From: the human T2T-CHM13v2.0 reference genome, Homo sapiens
Strand: one strand, 5' to 3'
DNA length: 64,000 nt
Assembly: GCF_009914755.1 (NCBI RefSeq)
Contig: NC_060936.1
Part shown: one piece after another, positions 1 to 17,052 of the stretch
Position numbering within the stretch: position 1 is the stretch's first letter
How the letters are laid out: every line of letters starts with the position of its first letter
Made by a program: the position numbers and the translations under genes
Notes under the pieces: model-generated
What the model was told of the DNA's origin: nothing
The model's database searches: none
What the model saw: only the letters and a program-made list of their open reading frames with translations

Positions 1-205
<205 letters not shown>

Positions 206-462
206 TTATATCTGAGAGGATGATTTTGGTTAACAGACCCAAACCGAGTTAAGGGGGAAAACATCTAGGGGTTCCTATATCTGAACTGTAAGAGATTTCC
301 TGGCTTCTGGGATGGCTGGATCCAGGGGCTCAAATGAAGTAATCAGTATTTTTATGTTATTTCCGACTTTCCATCACTTGGCTTAGCATTCTCCATACTG
401 ATCACAGCCTCTGACAAGTTGTCCTGTCCTACCATGGCTGCAGACAGCTACCAGACTGTATC

Positions 463-794
<332 letters not shown>

Positions 795-1514
795 TAGAAA
801 TCTAGCAGAAAAGCAAGTACCTTTTGTGTGGCCTGGCTTGAATCAAAATCCTGAGGTCTCCTCTGATTGCTCCCGCTTAGGTCCGTCCTGTGCTAACCTC
901 TGAGCCAATTGCTGTGGCTAGGAATGAGAAGCTCTGATTGGCTTAGGCCATCGTCACATGATTTCACTCTTCTGGCTGGAGGCGGAGCTTCAGCCAAACC
1001 TCTACACAGGAGTGGGGCAAGGGAAGACCCCCAAAGAAACTAGGGCTGTGGCCACAGGGAGCTCCATGGGATGACAGTGGGGGCTCCTCTCCTCCACCCC
1101 CTTATTCTTTGTCGCCTGATTGTTCCCTGTCCCAGCACCTCCTCTCCATTTCTAATGTGGCCTGGGTTAGGGGAATAGCCCATGTCAGCCCCACCCATGA
1201 ATGGGTTTTCCTTGATGACATTCATCCAAGCAATGGTTCCCGATCTAGCCGAGGGCGGAGAGGAATGGGAGAACGGGGTACTCTCTGGGCGTCTCCCAGC
1301 AAGGTGCTGCCCGTTGGTTCTCCTAGGAAGGCGTTGGTCCTGCATTATCTGTGAGAGGCCTCAGCACTGCTGGCGTGGCCGTTAACACTCTCTGTGTGTA
1401 GGAAGCTTCAGAAGAATGACTCCAAATCAGAAAACGGATGCAAGAAGAAAATATCAGACATATAACGCTATTGAAACAGAGCATCGCCCGCCCCAGGTGG
1501 GAGTGGTGTGCACA

Positions 1515-1815
1515 CACTCTGTCACAGTTTTCCAGAGCTGCCATAACACAGTGCCACACACTGGTGACTTAAACAACAGATATTTACGTTCTCACAGCTC
1601 TGGAGGCCAGAAGTCTGGAGTCAAGGTGTGGACAGGGCCACCCCTCCTCCGAGGCCTCCAGGGAACAATCCCAGGCAACGGCTGCTGGCGGACACCTTGC
1701 CTCTTCCAGCATCTGGAACAGGGCACTCTTCCTTGGTTTGTAGAGGCATCACCGCATTCTCTGCCTGCATCTTCACATGGCCGTCCTCCCTGTGCGTCCG
1801 CCTCTGTGTTTTAGG
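1515..1815 (-). mobile_element. MLT1 (MaLR) LTR fragment
   Basis: ggtgacttaaacaacagatatttacgttctcacagctctggaggccagaagtctggagtcaaggtg is typical antisense MLT1. Confidence 0.7.
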
Positions 1816-2366
1816 GCTTTAGGATCTCGAGTGCCTTATTAAGGAGAAAGAAGACAGATGGTGCAGAGGGTGACCTGGGGCAGGAGCTGCGGGAGAGAAA
1901 CTGCACGCGTGGTGCGGTCAGATCTGATTAAGGCTGTCATCCTGGAAGCCTCTCCCCACTCTCCTCTTCCAACCCCCTTGTAAACACCCTTCTGGGGCTA
2001 ATATGTTCTGTCTGCCCGGCCCTCTACAGAGTCCCATCTGCCAAGCCCGAGGTTTCTGCCTGGCCACAGGCTTTCACTGTGTCCCTATTTGCAGGCACTG
2101 GGCTCGTTCCCCTACTTGTGGGCTTTCTTATTGAATTCTCCTGATAAACCTGTGACACTGCTCTCTCCCGGCATGACACCCTCCGCCTACTTCTCTGACC
2201 TTGTACTGCCCACCTTCTTTCTCTTTCTAGAACAGGCCACAATTATTCCTACCTCCAGGCCCTCACGCAGTGTAAGTGAGAGGTTAAGTGAGGCTCTTCT
2301 GGACCTGGATGGTTGCTTTCAAATCCAGCTCCAACTCCTGTTCGCTGTGAGACCTTGGACCAGTTA

Positions 2367-2860
<494 letters not shown>

Positions 2861-4805
2861 CTAAACGTCACCTCACGAGAGAGGTCTCTGCACCATTCTC
2901 AGTCATGTTTTCTTATTTTATTTTTATTGTAGCATTTATTGCTCACAATTATTTTCTTTTTACTTGTTATCATCTATTCTCACTCTCTAAATGAAATCCT
3001 GGTCTCTCCCACTCGTTTCTGTATCTCCATGCCTAGAAACACCTAGCACATAGTAGGGGCACAGAAAGTATTGGTTGAAAGAAAGAATCCTGGTTTCATA
3101 GATGAGGAAAATGAATCCTAAAGCAGTGCAAACTCTAGCACAACACAGATGCAAGCCTGTGTTCCTCACCACAACATTTGGATCCTACAAGGAAGCATAT
3201 CCTATTGTGAGAAAGTATGACTTTCTCTGGTCCCTACTAGTCTGACCCGCAATCCTGCCTGTCTCCTCAGCCAAAGTGGGGCGGGCAACCAGCCATCTCC
3301 CCTTCCTCCTCCCCAAGCTGGGCCAGGCAGCTCATTAGCGCTGCCAACCCCCCGCATGGACAGCAGTCCTGAGCCGAGAACGACGGGAGATGTGTCCAAG
3401 TCTTGGCAGCATTGTGCATTGTCAGCTGGATAAAGTGTGATTTATCACAGAACAAATTTCTGCCTGGCCATTTGAATTCTCTTTGGCCATCGTTTCACCG
3501 GGCAAGATGTAAAAGGGAGGGGAAGAGCATAGACATTGTCTCAGAAATATTGCTTAGCCCTGACTTTTCTCTGCCTTTTTCTTTTTCCTTCTCTTCCAGT
3601 GATGTCAAAGAAGTAGCTATAATGCACTTTAGTAATGAGAGAACTGCTGTAGTAATGAGAGAGACCTCCTTAAAATGTAAAACTTCAGCTCTGGCCACTG
3701 CAAGGGAAGGGCACATTGCACAGGAGATGCCAGATGTTCTCTGGGGTGAGAACAGGTACCGGCAACGAGAGGAAAGGGATTCTAAACTAATGTCCCAAAG
3801 TCAGGTCCTGGTGAATGTCCTGAAACGGTGGCCCCTCCAGGACAAGAAGCTCTGACAGGAGTCTTCCCACATCCTGGGAAGCCTCCTAAATCCGGGCTCA
3901 GGGCTCTGCCAATCCCTGCTTTCTTCTCAATTTTGCCAGTGTCCTCTGCCTAAACAGGAGAGAAAATAGAATAAGATAAAAAGGTGAATGGGAGGTAAGG
4001 AAGAGAGGGGAAGCCATGTAAAAGGCCGTGAGAGTTATAGTCAGGATCATCCACATCCCATCTCTTAGCAGAATGCATCTGTCAGCAAGTCTTTGTAACA
4101 GACAACTCCAGCGTTTGGTTGTTCAAGATGATTGCAATTTATTCTTGCTTATGGGTTTGCAGGTAAGCGGGGCTCGGCCGGACAGCTCAGCCTAAGGTGT
4201 GAGCTCTGCTGGGTTTGGCCTGTCGCTGCCATTGGGCTGTGGTCAGCTCCTTGTTCCTTGTGTCCCATTCTGGGGCCCACACTGAGAGATTGTATTAATA
4301 GCTACTTTGGAGGAAGTAGCTATTAATGGTCAAGTTCCAACGACTAGCAGAAGTACACATTTCCTAAGTCCAAGCTTGGACTGGTCCAAGCATGGCTGTC
4401 ACTTCTGTTCATATTTTCCTGGCCAAAGCCAAGTCCAGCAACAATGGGGAGAGGAAGTAGACCCTGTCCATGATGGAGGAGAAGGCGGGCCTCCCTGAGT
4501 GCAGAGCCAGCTCAGCGTCATGGCTGAGAGCAGACCTCTAGGGGTGACTGGCTGTGTTTAAATCCTGACTGATGACTACCAGCTGTGTGATCACGGGCAA
4601 GGTACATCACCTGTCCATGCCTTGGTTTTCTCATTTGCAATATGGATATGATAAATATAATAGTGCCCTCCTGTGTTTATGGTGTGGACTCAGAGAGATG
4701 ACCCATGTGAGCCTCTTAGAATGGTGCCTGGATAACTGTGGCCAGTCAACGAATGTTTGCTGTTGTTATAAAGTAAGCAATCACTGATAAAAGTCCATCT
4801 CTTCC

Positions 4806-4952
4806 TGTGTGTGCATGCATGTGTGTGTGTATTCGCGCGTGTGTGCATGTGTGTGTGCATGCGTGTGTGCGCATGTGTGTTGTGTGCGCATGTGTGTGCA
4901 TGTGTGTGTGCATGTATGTGTGCATGTGTGTGCATATGTGTGTATGTGTGTG
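4806..4952. repeat. Degenerate (TG/CA)n alternating purine-pyrimidine tract
   Basis: tgtgtgtgcatgcatgtgtg...cgcgcgtgtgtgcatg... over ~145 bp. Confidence 0.9.
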
Positions 4953-5138
4953 ATAGGTGGGTAGTGTTGGCGGCACTGGGTGCGCAGTTACCCCTGAGTT
5001 TTCCCTGAGCATAGGGAGTGTTCAGTGACCCAGATACCTGAGCACCTTTCCCTGCCAAGGCTACACGTGGTGGTTACCTTGGCAACATTCTACCCCGTTG
5101 ATGCTGAGACCAGCTCTGGCCATTTAATCCTCTATAGA

Positions 5139-5402
<264 letters not shown>

Positions 5403-5706
5403 CACCGTGTAGGCCAAATGTGATGGGAGGCCACCAGTTTGCAAGCTCTGATTCATTCATTCATTCTTCAACACGTACTTATTGAGCATCCACTGTGTGT
5501 CAGGTGTTAGGTCCCAGGTATACAACAGTAAACAAAACAGACAAAAATCTCCGCCATCCTAGAGTTTAGGTTCTCCTGAGGGAGGACACATAAAGCGAGC
5601 AGGTAAAATCTACAGTGCATCAGGTGACAGTAAGCAATCTAGAGAGAGGAAGCAAGGAAGAGGGAAGGGAGGTTCGGGGGAGTTGCCATTTAAAATGGAA
5701 ATGTCA

Positions 5707-6283
<577 letters not shown>

Positions 6284-7614
6284 ATTAAAGAGCTGAAGGA
6301 CATGAAGAACAAATCAGGCAGACAAGTAGGGGAGGAGCCTTCAGGCAAAGAGAACAGCACGTGCAAAGGCCCTGTGGCAGGTGTGCACCTGGCATGTTCA
6401 GGAACCAGCAGGGAGGCCAGCAGCTGGGTCGAGTGAACAGTGTGAAACCCACAGAAGATGCACAGGGAAGAAAACCAGGCACATCGGAGAGGAACTTGTA
6501 CATCATTTAAGGATTTTTCCAGAGCTGAAAAGGAGATATTATTTAAACATTTTCCAACAATAGCCCTAGATTCAGAGGCAACTGTTGAGAAGAGGCCCCT
6601 GGGCTGCAAGGACTCTGTTTCCAAACAAGCCCACAGTCTGAGGTTCCAGGAAGACATGAGTTTGGAGGATGCAGACCAACCTACTGCCTACCTCTAAGCC
6701 CTGGCATGCTTTCCCGGCTCACACTGTTTTCCCTTAACCCTACCCACCCCTTGGATCAGCAATCCTCAAGTTCCAGGTTTGTGTGGACCATCTGTTCCCT
6801 GCCTAGACTTGGAAAGAGACAGCCTTTCCGAGTGGCCCCTGGGGGATGGGATGAGGAAACGTGGGCAGAGCCACTTGAGGAGAGGTTCCGGACTACTACT
6901 GGCCCCTTGCCACGGGCATGCCACAGTTGCTGGACAGTGGCCTCTCTCAGCACCTGCCTTTCCCCTGCCCACCTGCCCACAGGAATGCCAATGACTCGAA
7001 CAGCCACATGGCAGGAAGGACGACTTCAGCCAAGGCCATAATCCTAGTATCAACAACATGGCTGAAACGGTCCAGTCAAATCTTGAACCAACTCTCGTTG
7101 ACATTTCTCACTCTACCTCTCCATCTTGGATGAGCCGCAGCCATGGCGAGCCTCGGTTTTCTCATCTAAAAAATAGGATCATAACTGCTGTCCATAGCTC
7201 TAGAAAAACTGAGTATGAAAACAATAGGCAAAGACGGAAAAAATGAGATTAAAAAAAAGCAAAACAAAAAGAAAACAGGATGGACAAATAGACGGCACAA
7301 ATAATATGGTAGAGAGAAATCCAAGTAAAACATCCACTGTGACTCACATGAACGTGCTAAAAGTTCCAGCAAAAGAACAATGAGTTATAGAGGAAACATT
7401 GTAACAGAAAAATCATTCTAAGTGTTTATTTTTACAAAGCATCTAGAACATCCAGGATACAGAAGGATCCAGCAAGGCTGAAAGTAAAAGAGAGAAAAAG
7501 ACAAATCAAGCAAATAATAACCAGAAGAAACCTGGTGGCCTAGGAAGAGTAGGCAAAATTGATTTTATGGTAAAAAATAAAGCCTTAAAAACTGTTTTAA
7601 AAAAATTGGGTTTC

Positions 7615-8175
<561 letters not shown>

Positions 8176-8564
8176 TTGAGCTCAAAGAAAAAGAAAGAAA
8201 ATGACGTGAAAGCACCTTGCAGATGTGAAGCGGGATTGTCACTGTGTACGAGCATTTCATTCATATTAACGGAGCAGGTCCACAAACTTGGGTGTACAAG
8301 AAACGTGCATTTGATTTTCTTGTATCTGAACTTCATTCAAGCACAACCTCAGTGCCCTGAGATGCACAAAAACCATACTAGGAGCTTGATTTTTGAACAT
8401 AAGTTTGAAATGTTAATTAGAGACCCAAGTGGAGACGTGGAAGAAGCAGGTGGATATCCAGAGACAGGAGTTTAGGAGTTGTCAGCACAGAGATGCACTT
8501 CCAAGCATCATAACTAAATGATTACCATCATGAGCGGGATGTAGAGGGTGCAAGGAGTAGATCT

Positions 8565-8725
8565 CACAGTGGTACCCAGAGCAGCAGCAGCAACAGCATC
8601 CGCAGCCGCTGGTTACAAATGCCCGTGTGGGTCCCCACCCCAGACCTGCTGAATCTGAGATGGACACTCAGCAGTCTATGCCAACAGGCCCTCCCTGAGG
8701 CTCGCTCAAGTCTGAGAACCAGTTT
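8565..8725 (-). mobile_element. MER5A-like element
   Basis: ccccaccccagacctgctgaatctgaga...aagtctgagaaccag. Confidence 0.6.
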
Positions 8726-9582
8726 GGCTAGATGACGATTCAGGCCAGGCTCCCACAGGACATCCGTGGCTGACCGGCAGATGCCTCTGCCTTCCCCTTG
8801 GAAAGTGACCCCCAGGCTCTTCCTAGGAGGCAGGTGCAGACTCAGGAAGGTGCCAAAGCCTGAGTGATAACGGAATATGGCAACTGACCATATGTGGCTC
8901 CACCAAGCCTCACGTGACCCCACCGTCCCTGGGTCCTTACAGGCAGACACTGATTTCTGGGCCATGGCTACCACGCATTCTGTCCGCATAGTTTAGATAT
9001 CAGAGTGAGTGGAGTTCAGTGGGCAGTTTTCTCAATGGGCAGCTCATCCACAATGAAAGATGAAAAGCAGTCTGAGAAACAAAGCCGAGGGACTAAAAAG
9101 ACTCCTGTGGGGTTTTGGTTCCTTTTTGTAGATGAGTGGGCTCACTTTTTCATATGATAGTTCTCACTGCTGGCCACTTAGGAGATGATTAATGCATCCT
9201 GAGATGTCCCCAGACATTTATGACACCTTCAGGAATAGCAGTGACGATGGCTCTATCATGCACGGCTACTTCATACCCTTGGCATTGCTCTTAATTATTT
9301 ATATATTCGGGAGCAGCCAGGTTTCCTCCCACCAGAGCTCAGAAAGGTAATAAATGAGAAAAGTCAATGGTCTGTAAATTACAACATTGACTAAAGAAGT
9401 GATTACTGATATAACTCTTGCTCGACTGTTGTGCTAATGCCTTCCCAGATCCAGGACAGTGTTTACCTGCTAATGACAAGCCTGGGATGGCAACTAAAAT
9501 TGCCTTCCTTCTTTAATCAGCATGTAAACATTTTTAAACCACTCTTGACCATGAATGAGAAGATCCATCCATGTGTTCCCAT

Positions 9583-9632
9583 CCCAACTGCTCCCTGCCA
9601 CTGTCCCCAACTGCTCCCTGCCACTGTCCCCA
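9583..9632. repeat. Perfect 23-bp tandem duplication
   Basis: cccaactgctccctgccactgtc twice, then ccca. Confidence 0.9.
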
Positions 9633-10204
9633 GCAGATGGAGCAAATTCTCTCAGCCCAGCCCTCACCAGCTGCCTCTCCAAACAGAAGTGCAAGTTGAA
9701 GATGAAAATTGAGCCCAGAGTAGCCATCCATGGTTCCCGGAAGCTGGGGAAAGAGAGGGTGATCAGATTATAAGAGTTCTTTATTCAGCACTGGATGTTA
9801 TTTGGCCGAGGCCACAGACCCCCCAGAAGGGGACTCTGTTCTTTCCAAGCTACATGATCTAGACAGAAGACAGATAAGCAAATCAGCAATTATAGCTTAG
9901 TATGCTAAGTGCTATGTGAGGGGTTTCCGAGTGACTTCATTAACTCAGAAGTACTCCACTAAACTGTATGTGTGTGCATTTCTCCAGCAAGAATTAGCTT
10001 TATGTGTATTCTCAAAAGAGTGAATGACCCAAGAAAGGTTAGGAAACACTGCCTGAGCACTTTCTAGAAACTTTTGAATTAACTTCTTGTGTTTTTGTAG
10101 CTTTTGGCTCCATGTCATCTCAGTCTCTCACTGCATCGTCCATCAACCCCAAGATCCTTGATGACTGTCCTGAAGCAGGCATCCCCATGAAGGGAAGGCC
10201 CTGC

Positions 10205-11110
10205 TCATCCATCCCTCTGTCCATCTGTCTGTGCATCAGTGTGTGCTTCCATCCATCAGTTCATCTGTCTATCCATCTGTCCAGCTATCTACCCATTTAT
10301 CCACCAGCACTTAACCTGCCCATCCATCCATCTTTCCATCCATCCATCCGTGCATCCACCCATCTGTCTGTCCATCAGTGTGTGCATCTGTCCATCTGTT
10401 CAGCTGTCTATCAATCTGTCGACCTATTCACCCATTTATCCACCAGCCATTCACTTGTCCACCCATCCATTCATGTGTCTGTCCATCAGTGTGTCCATCC
10501 ACCCATCAGTTCATCTATCTATCCAGCTGTCTACCCATTTGTCCACCACCCATTCACCTGTCCACCCATCCATTCATGTGTCTGTCCCTCAGTGTGTGCA
10601 TGCACCCATCAGTTCTTCTATCTATCCAGCTGTCTACCCATTTGTCCACCACCCATTCACCTGTCCACCCATCCATTCATGTGTCTGTCCATCAGTGTGT
10701 CCATCCACCCATCAGTTCATCTATCTATCCAGCTGTCTACCCATTTGTCCACTACCCATTCACCTGTCCACCCATCCATTCATGTGTCTGTCCATCAGTG
10801 TGTCCATCCACCCATCAGTTCATCTATCTATCCAGCTGTCTACCCATTTGTCCACCACCCATTCACCTGTCCATCCATCCGTTCATGTGTCTGTCCATCA
10901 GTGTGTGCATCCACCCATCAGCTCATCTGTCTATTCATCTACCCAGCTATCTACCCATTTGTCCACCACCCATTCACCTGTCCATCCATCCATCTGTTCA
11001 TCCTTTCCTCCATCTGTCCATCTGTCTATGCATCAGTGTGTGCATTCATCCATCTGTTCATCTGTCTATCCATCTATCCTTCCATCCATTCATCCATGCA
11101 ATGTCCATTT
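10205..11110. repeat. (CCAT/TCCA)-derived minisatellite, 103-bp period core with degenerate flanks
   Basis: cattcac(c/t)tgtcc recurs at 10448, 10551, 10654, 10757, 10860 (period 103) and 10971 (period 111). Confidence 0.93.
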
Positions 11111-12289
11111 CACTGAGCTCCTGCTTCATAAGCAGCTGAGGTAAGGAACCCAGAGGTGAAAAATGAACACAATGTACTTTTTGCCTTCAAAGATTTCTTA
11201 GTTTAAGAGGTGATATGGACACATGGGACCAATTTAAATCACATCTGATAAGCTTGGCTATTCAACAGGGGTCATATTGTTTCTCTATAACCCAACTTGG
11301 TTTCTATTTTCAGTTTTCAATTCATCGGGGTGGCAGAAACAGAATACCAGTCTAATTTCCAGGGGATTTAACTATTGCCAAGGCCTTGGGGAAGGGCACA
11401 TCTTGTCTTATAATCTTCTGTTCACAGTTCCTAGGGGACATTTTTTACCGGTCACAGTCCGCCCAGGTTACCTCTTCAATGGCCCCTCATTGTTGTCCAC
11501 ATTGCCCCTTCCTGCCTGCTTGAGAACACAGGTATCATTCTGCTGTTTCCTTGCTACACTGGGAATGCCCTCTGGGCTGGTAGATAGAGTCATATTTGAA
11601 TGAATAATCTGGGAACACAAAAGCCAAATACTTGCAACCTTTATTTTTTTAGTCTGTGTGTTTATTTTTCTTTCTGCTTTGTCTCATCCCTTTCCTGAGA
11701 CAGCAATCTGCCAGAAAGGGGAAAAGGAAAGGGAGGCGCATAGGGAAAGGGAACATAGGTTGGTAGTCCCTAATGTGATCTGCCATTCACATAACGAACA
11801 CGTATTATATAAATAATCCCACGGGGTCATAGAAGACCACAGAAGGGGTCTCATAAGGAACCCCTGAGCTGGGGTAGGTCAGGCAAATAGGGATGGGAAG
11901 GTGCTCCCAGGCACAGGGACCGGCCTTGCCAAAGCCTGGGGACCGTGAAGAACCTGCATCAGGCCTGCATGTGCATGCAGGGGAGAGACCTCAGAATTAG
12001 TGAGAATCATGCTGGGGAGGAAGGCACTACGGGCCCTTTGCATCCTTGGAGGCTGGATGGGGTGGGTTGTGGGTGCAGCTTACTTTCTGAAAAGACATAA
12101 CTGCCCAGGGTGTGAAAACCTCTGGTGCTCACATCAAATTACTCAGCCCACCCAGATTTCAGCTACAGCTGCAGTTCTGTACAAGTTCAAGTTCACTTTT
12201 TGATTGCAGTCTCACCTCAATCTGCTTTCTGTTTTCTGTTCCGGGTGGGGCAAGCCCTCAACCAGTAGGAATAAGAAATGGTAGCTAAA

Positions 12290-12530
12290 AATATTCCCTC
12301 CTCTTACTCCTCAAGTGGACAATTCTAGATACTTTTCATGAAGCCTCTGAAAACCGAGCCCATGGTCCCTGTAACAGCCTAAAAAATGCACCTTCCTATT
12401 GGGTTTTCTTCTTTCTCTGTCTTCCTCATCTGCTCCTTCACCCCTGCTCCCTGGGGTCACCTCCCAATTAAACTGAGTGCACCAAATCCTTGTCTCAGGC
12501 TCTGCTTTAGGAGAAACCAGAAATAAGCAT
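12290..12530 (+). mobile_element. Old ERVL LTR (LTR33/LTR16-like) 3' part
   Basis: cacctcccaattaaactgagtgcaccaaatccttgtctcaggctctgctttaggagaaacc. Confidence 0.55.
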
Positions 12531-12588
12531 TTGTGCTTTGCAAGATAATAGGAAAAACAAAAAAAGGATTGTCTCCAAGGCTCCATGA

Positions 12589-12831
<243 letters not shown>

Positions 12832-13870
12832 TGAGCCTCGGATGGGGAGATGCCCTAGAGCCAAAACAACAACTTTATTTACTGACCTTAACACTAAAGG
12901 ACCCAATGCTTAAGAGATGCTGGTATTGTCTCAGCAGTTGAATCTCCCCAGGGCTCCCAGATAACCCAGCCAGGCCCAAAAGCTGCTAAACAGCAGGTTT
13001 GCCTCAAACCCAGGTTGTCCGCACTCTACACTGGGGCTTATATGAGGCTGTCTCTTGAAAGTGGCTCTCCCAAAATGACACGATGGAGTTAATACATTTT
13101 TTTAGCATCTTGGTTACCAGGTAATTTGAAGTTTGGTTTATTTTCTCCAAAAAAAAGTCAGTCCTTTCCTGTGCTTTATGCATATCTATAAGCTTGAAAT
13201 GTTCTGTGCAGATCAAATTATTGGATAAAATTTAATTGTGTTTCTAGTGGATGCTGGAATCATTATTTGCCAAAAGCTTCTAATTTTTTTGGGATTCCGG
13301 ACTGTCTGTCTGTCACATGCAAGAGTATGGGGTCTTGTTTTCTCAGCCCTGTGACCCCCGGATTAGCAGACATTAGCTAAGTGAAGGTGTTCCTGAGTTC
13401 ACAGCTTCCTGCCTGGAATGCTCCACCCCAGACCATCAGGGCTCTTTCCCTGACAGTCCCCCAGGCACCAGGGCCTTTCTCATAAGAGAGAGCATTTCAA
13501 GAAGAGTAAGTAGGACAGTGAGATGCGGAATCCATCTCTACAAGGGGAAGCTGAAGGCATTTGGCCCGATGTGGGAGGAAAGCTGTGAATCTACCCAGTC
13601 CTTCAGATTAGTCTGTGGTCATGAGTGGCCAAGACAATGAGTTTGTTCCACATCCCTGAGGGGGAAGAATTAAGACTCCCTGGGCTCCAATCCAATCTCT
13701 GCCACTAATTAGCTTTGTGAGCATGGGCAAGCTACCTAACCTCTCTGTGCCTTAGTTTCCTCATCTGTTCATGAGAATAATTATGAGTTTGCCTCATAGT
13801 GTTATGAGGTTAAAAGAGTTCATACATGTGGAAGCATAAAATGGGACCTGCCACATCTCAAGTGTGTAAG

Positions 13871-14399
<529 letters not shown>

Positions 14400-14581
14400 A
14401 CTTGGTACATATTAGCCCTTGTCTTTTATTTTTCAATAAATGTATTTGAGAAAGAGATGCCCATCACTTAGTGTTGCCTAGAGATAGGCTTGGTGCCCCT
14501 TGCATGGTCCTGGCGCTCGTGTCTTCAATGTGGTCTCCTTGAGGTTGAGGTGAGCGCCTGCCTGTCTCAAGAACGTCTTAG

Positions 14582-14950
<369 letters not shown>

Positions 14951-16019
14951 TGAGGGAGAGTCAATGGGTGGGCAGATCACTGTGGCCGATTCCCCAACCC
15001 ATGTGTATCATGGGAACACAGGAAGATGAGCCCAGGCCAGATCTTGAGTCCAGCTCCTTCCAAACAGAATGGAGAAGGTGGCAGCTGCACCCTCTTAGCT
15101 CCCCGTGTGACCTCATTCTCAATGGCTGCCTCCACCATTCCCACCACCTCCCAGCACCCCCATCCTACCTCTGATTCTCCTTCTTAGTCCACACTTTTCT
15201 AACTTTTTCCCCCTATGCCTTCTTAGAAATAGCCATGGTCTTCTCTATGTACCACTTCTACCAGTGGCCCAGGGAAAAAGCATGGATTCTTCTCATTTCT
15301 TCCTTCTTTCAGTCATTCTGTCTTCCTGCCATTTACTTATTCAACAAACTCTCTTTGAAATCCTGCTCCTTCTTTTTCACTCAAGGAAGTGTATAGAATG
15401 GTAAAATTTCATGATGGGGCATGAACAGCCTTTTCCTCAATCCCTCAAGTCCCACCCTACTGAATCCACCTTTCTGGAATGTCATTCAGGATCCTTACAC
15501 CATATGTGGAAATGGTTAGCACATTCCCATCATTTCCCCTGGACATCTCAAGCCCAACATTTGGCTTACAAGATGAGGCAGAAAGCAATGTTTTGGCAGA
15601 GGATACATTGTGGTGGTGGTGGGAGGAGTGAACTATTTATAATTCACTTTTATAAATTTATAATTCAATTCTTCATGAGTCTGTTCAACAGGATCACCAT
15701 GTACAGTTAACCAGGTCGTGCATTGTACAAGCATACTTCATCTAAATAGGAGGGGTCATTCCCTTTTAAAGACAGAATGGATTTTAATATCTATTCCAAT
15801 TTTTTAACAGGTAGAATTAAGGTGTCCTGGGGAAAGGGTAACTTTGATTCTCACGAAGGCATGGGATGGGCCAGCGTATAGAGTGAAGTAGATATGTAAC
15901 TCCTTTGCCCTGTATTCTGGACCTCAGGCCTGTTGGGATGGAAGAAATATTGCTGGTAAAGGGGATAACATCTGGAAACAGGTGTGATGGATTTTCCTTG
16001 TGTCCTGCCAATCCCACAG

Positions 16020-16211
16020 GTGTTGTCTCCACTGTCTGACTCCATCCTGGCAGAGAAGACGATAACCGTGCTAGATGACAAAGTGTCGGTGACAGACTTG
16101 GCCATCCAGCTCGTGGCTGGGCTGTCTGTCGCCCTTTACCCCAACGCAGAAAACAGCAAGGCCGTAACAGCTGTGGTCACAGCTGAGGAGGTGCTGCGGA
16201 CCCCCAAACAG
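16020..16211 (+). CDS. TMEM132C: TMEM132C internal coding exon (probably exon 8, 192 nt, symmetric phase 0)
   Basis: cccacag|GTG acceptor and CAG|gtaggg donor. Translates VLSPLSDSILAEKTITVLDDKVSVTDLAIQLVAGLSVAL...EEVLRTPKQ. Confidence 0.95.
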
Positions 16212-16906
16212 GTAGGGGGCCAAATGCCAGAGGTTCAGAGGGAGCAGGGTCAGCCACTGTGCCTGCTTCAGCAAAGGGGCAGGGTGGAGTGAGAAATGGG
16301 GGCAGGTTAGCAGAACCATATTCCACAATGGAAGCCATGTCATTGCAGACAAAGTGCTCATGTTACCCACATAGCTTTTGAGCAACACAGACCATTTACC
16401 AGCCTCCTCACCAAGTCTCTTGGCTGCCGTTCTTACCCCTGCACTCCCCTCTCTTCTCAAGAGGAGAGCAAGCACTTAAAACCATAAATCACATCATGCC
16501 TTTTACTGGCTTAAAATGCTCCAATGACTTCCCATTGCACTTAGAAAGAGACCATATTCCTTTGACAGCCCACATGGCCCCACACAACATAGCCCCTGGC
16601 TATATCTCTGACTTTATCTTGTGCAGCCCTCAGTCTCTCTCATCCTATTTGAGGCACACACTCCCCTTGCACTTCTTTAGGGGTTTTGCAATTGCTGTTG
16701 CTTTTACCTGAGACACACCACCCTCACCGCTGAGCATGGCTCTTTCTCATTTTCATACCCAGTTATGATACCCTCTTCTCATAAATGCCTTTGCTCACAG
16801 CGAATGGGTCTGAATCCGCCCCATTTCTTACCACATAAAGCATGTTTCTCCTCCATGGGATATAAGCTCTACAAGAGAAGCCCCCTGTTCATCGCTCTAT
16901 CCCCAG

Positions 16907-17052
16907 TGACCATCACAGGGCCAGCATATTGTAGGTGCTCAATAAATGTTGGTTGAGTGACTGAATGACTCTTAGAATTGACCATCACAGGGCCAGCATA
17001 TAGTAGGTGCTCAATAAATGTTGGTTGAGTGACTGAATGACTCTTAGAATTG
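16907..17052 (+). repeat. 72-bp tandem duplication of an L2 3' tail
   Basis: tgaccatcacagggccagcata...gtgctcaataaatgttggttgagtgactgaatgactcttagaat twice, with one mismatch. Confidence 0.92.

Noticed and set aside
860-950. Cluster of CCAAT/ATTGG boxes suggesting a promoter
   Set aside because: Looks like the interior of an old MaLR LTR; no CpG island or downstream exon support.
10112-11144. Three overlapping long ORFs (334, 301 and 253 aa)
   Set aside because: Artefact of the CCAT-rich tandem repeat lacking stop codons; low-complexity H/P/S/I/C translation.
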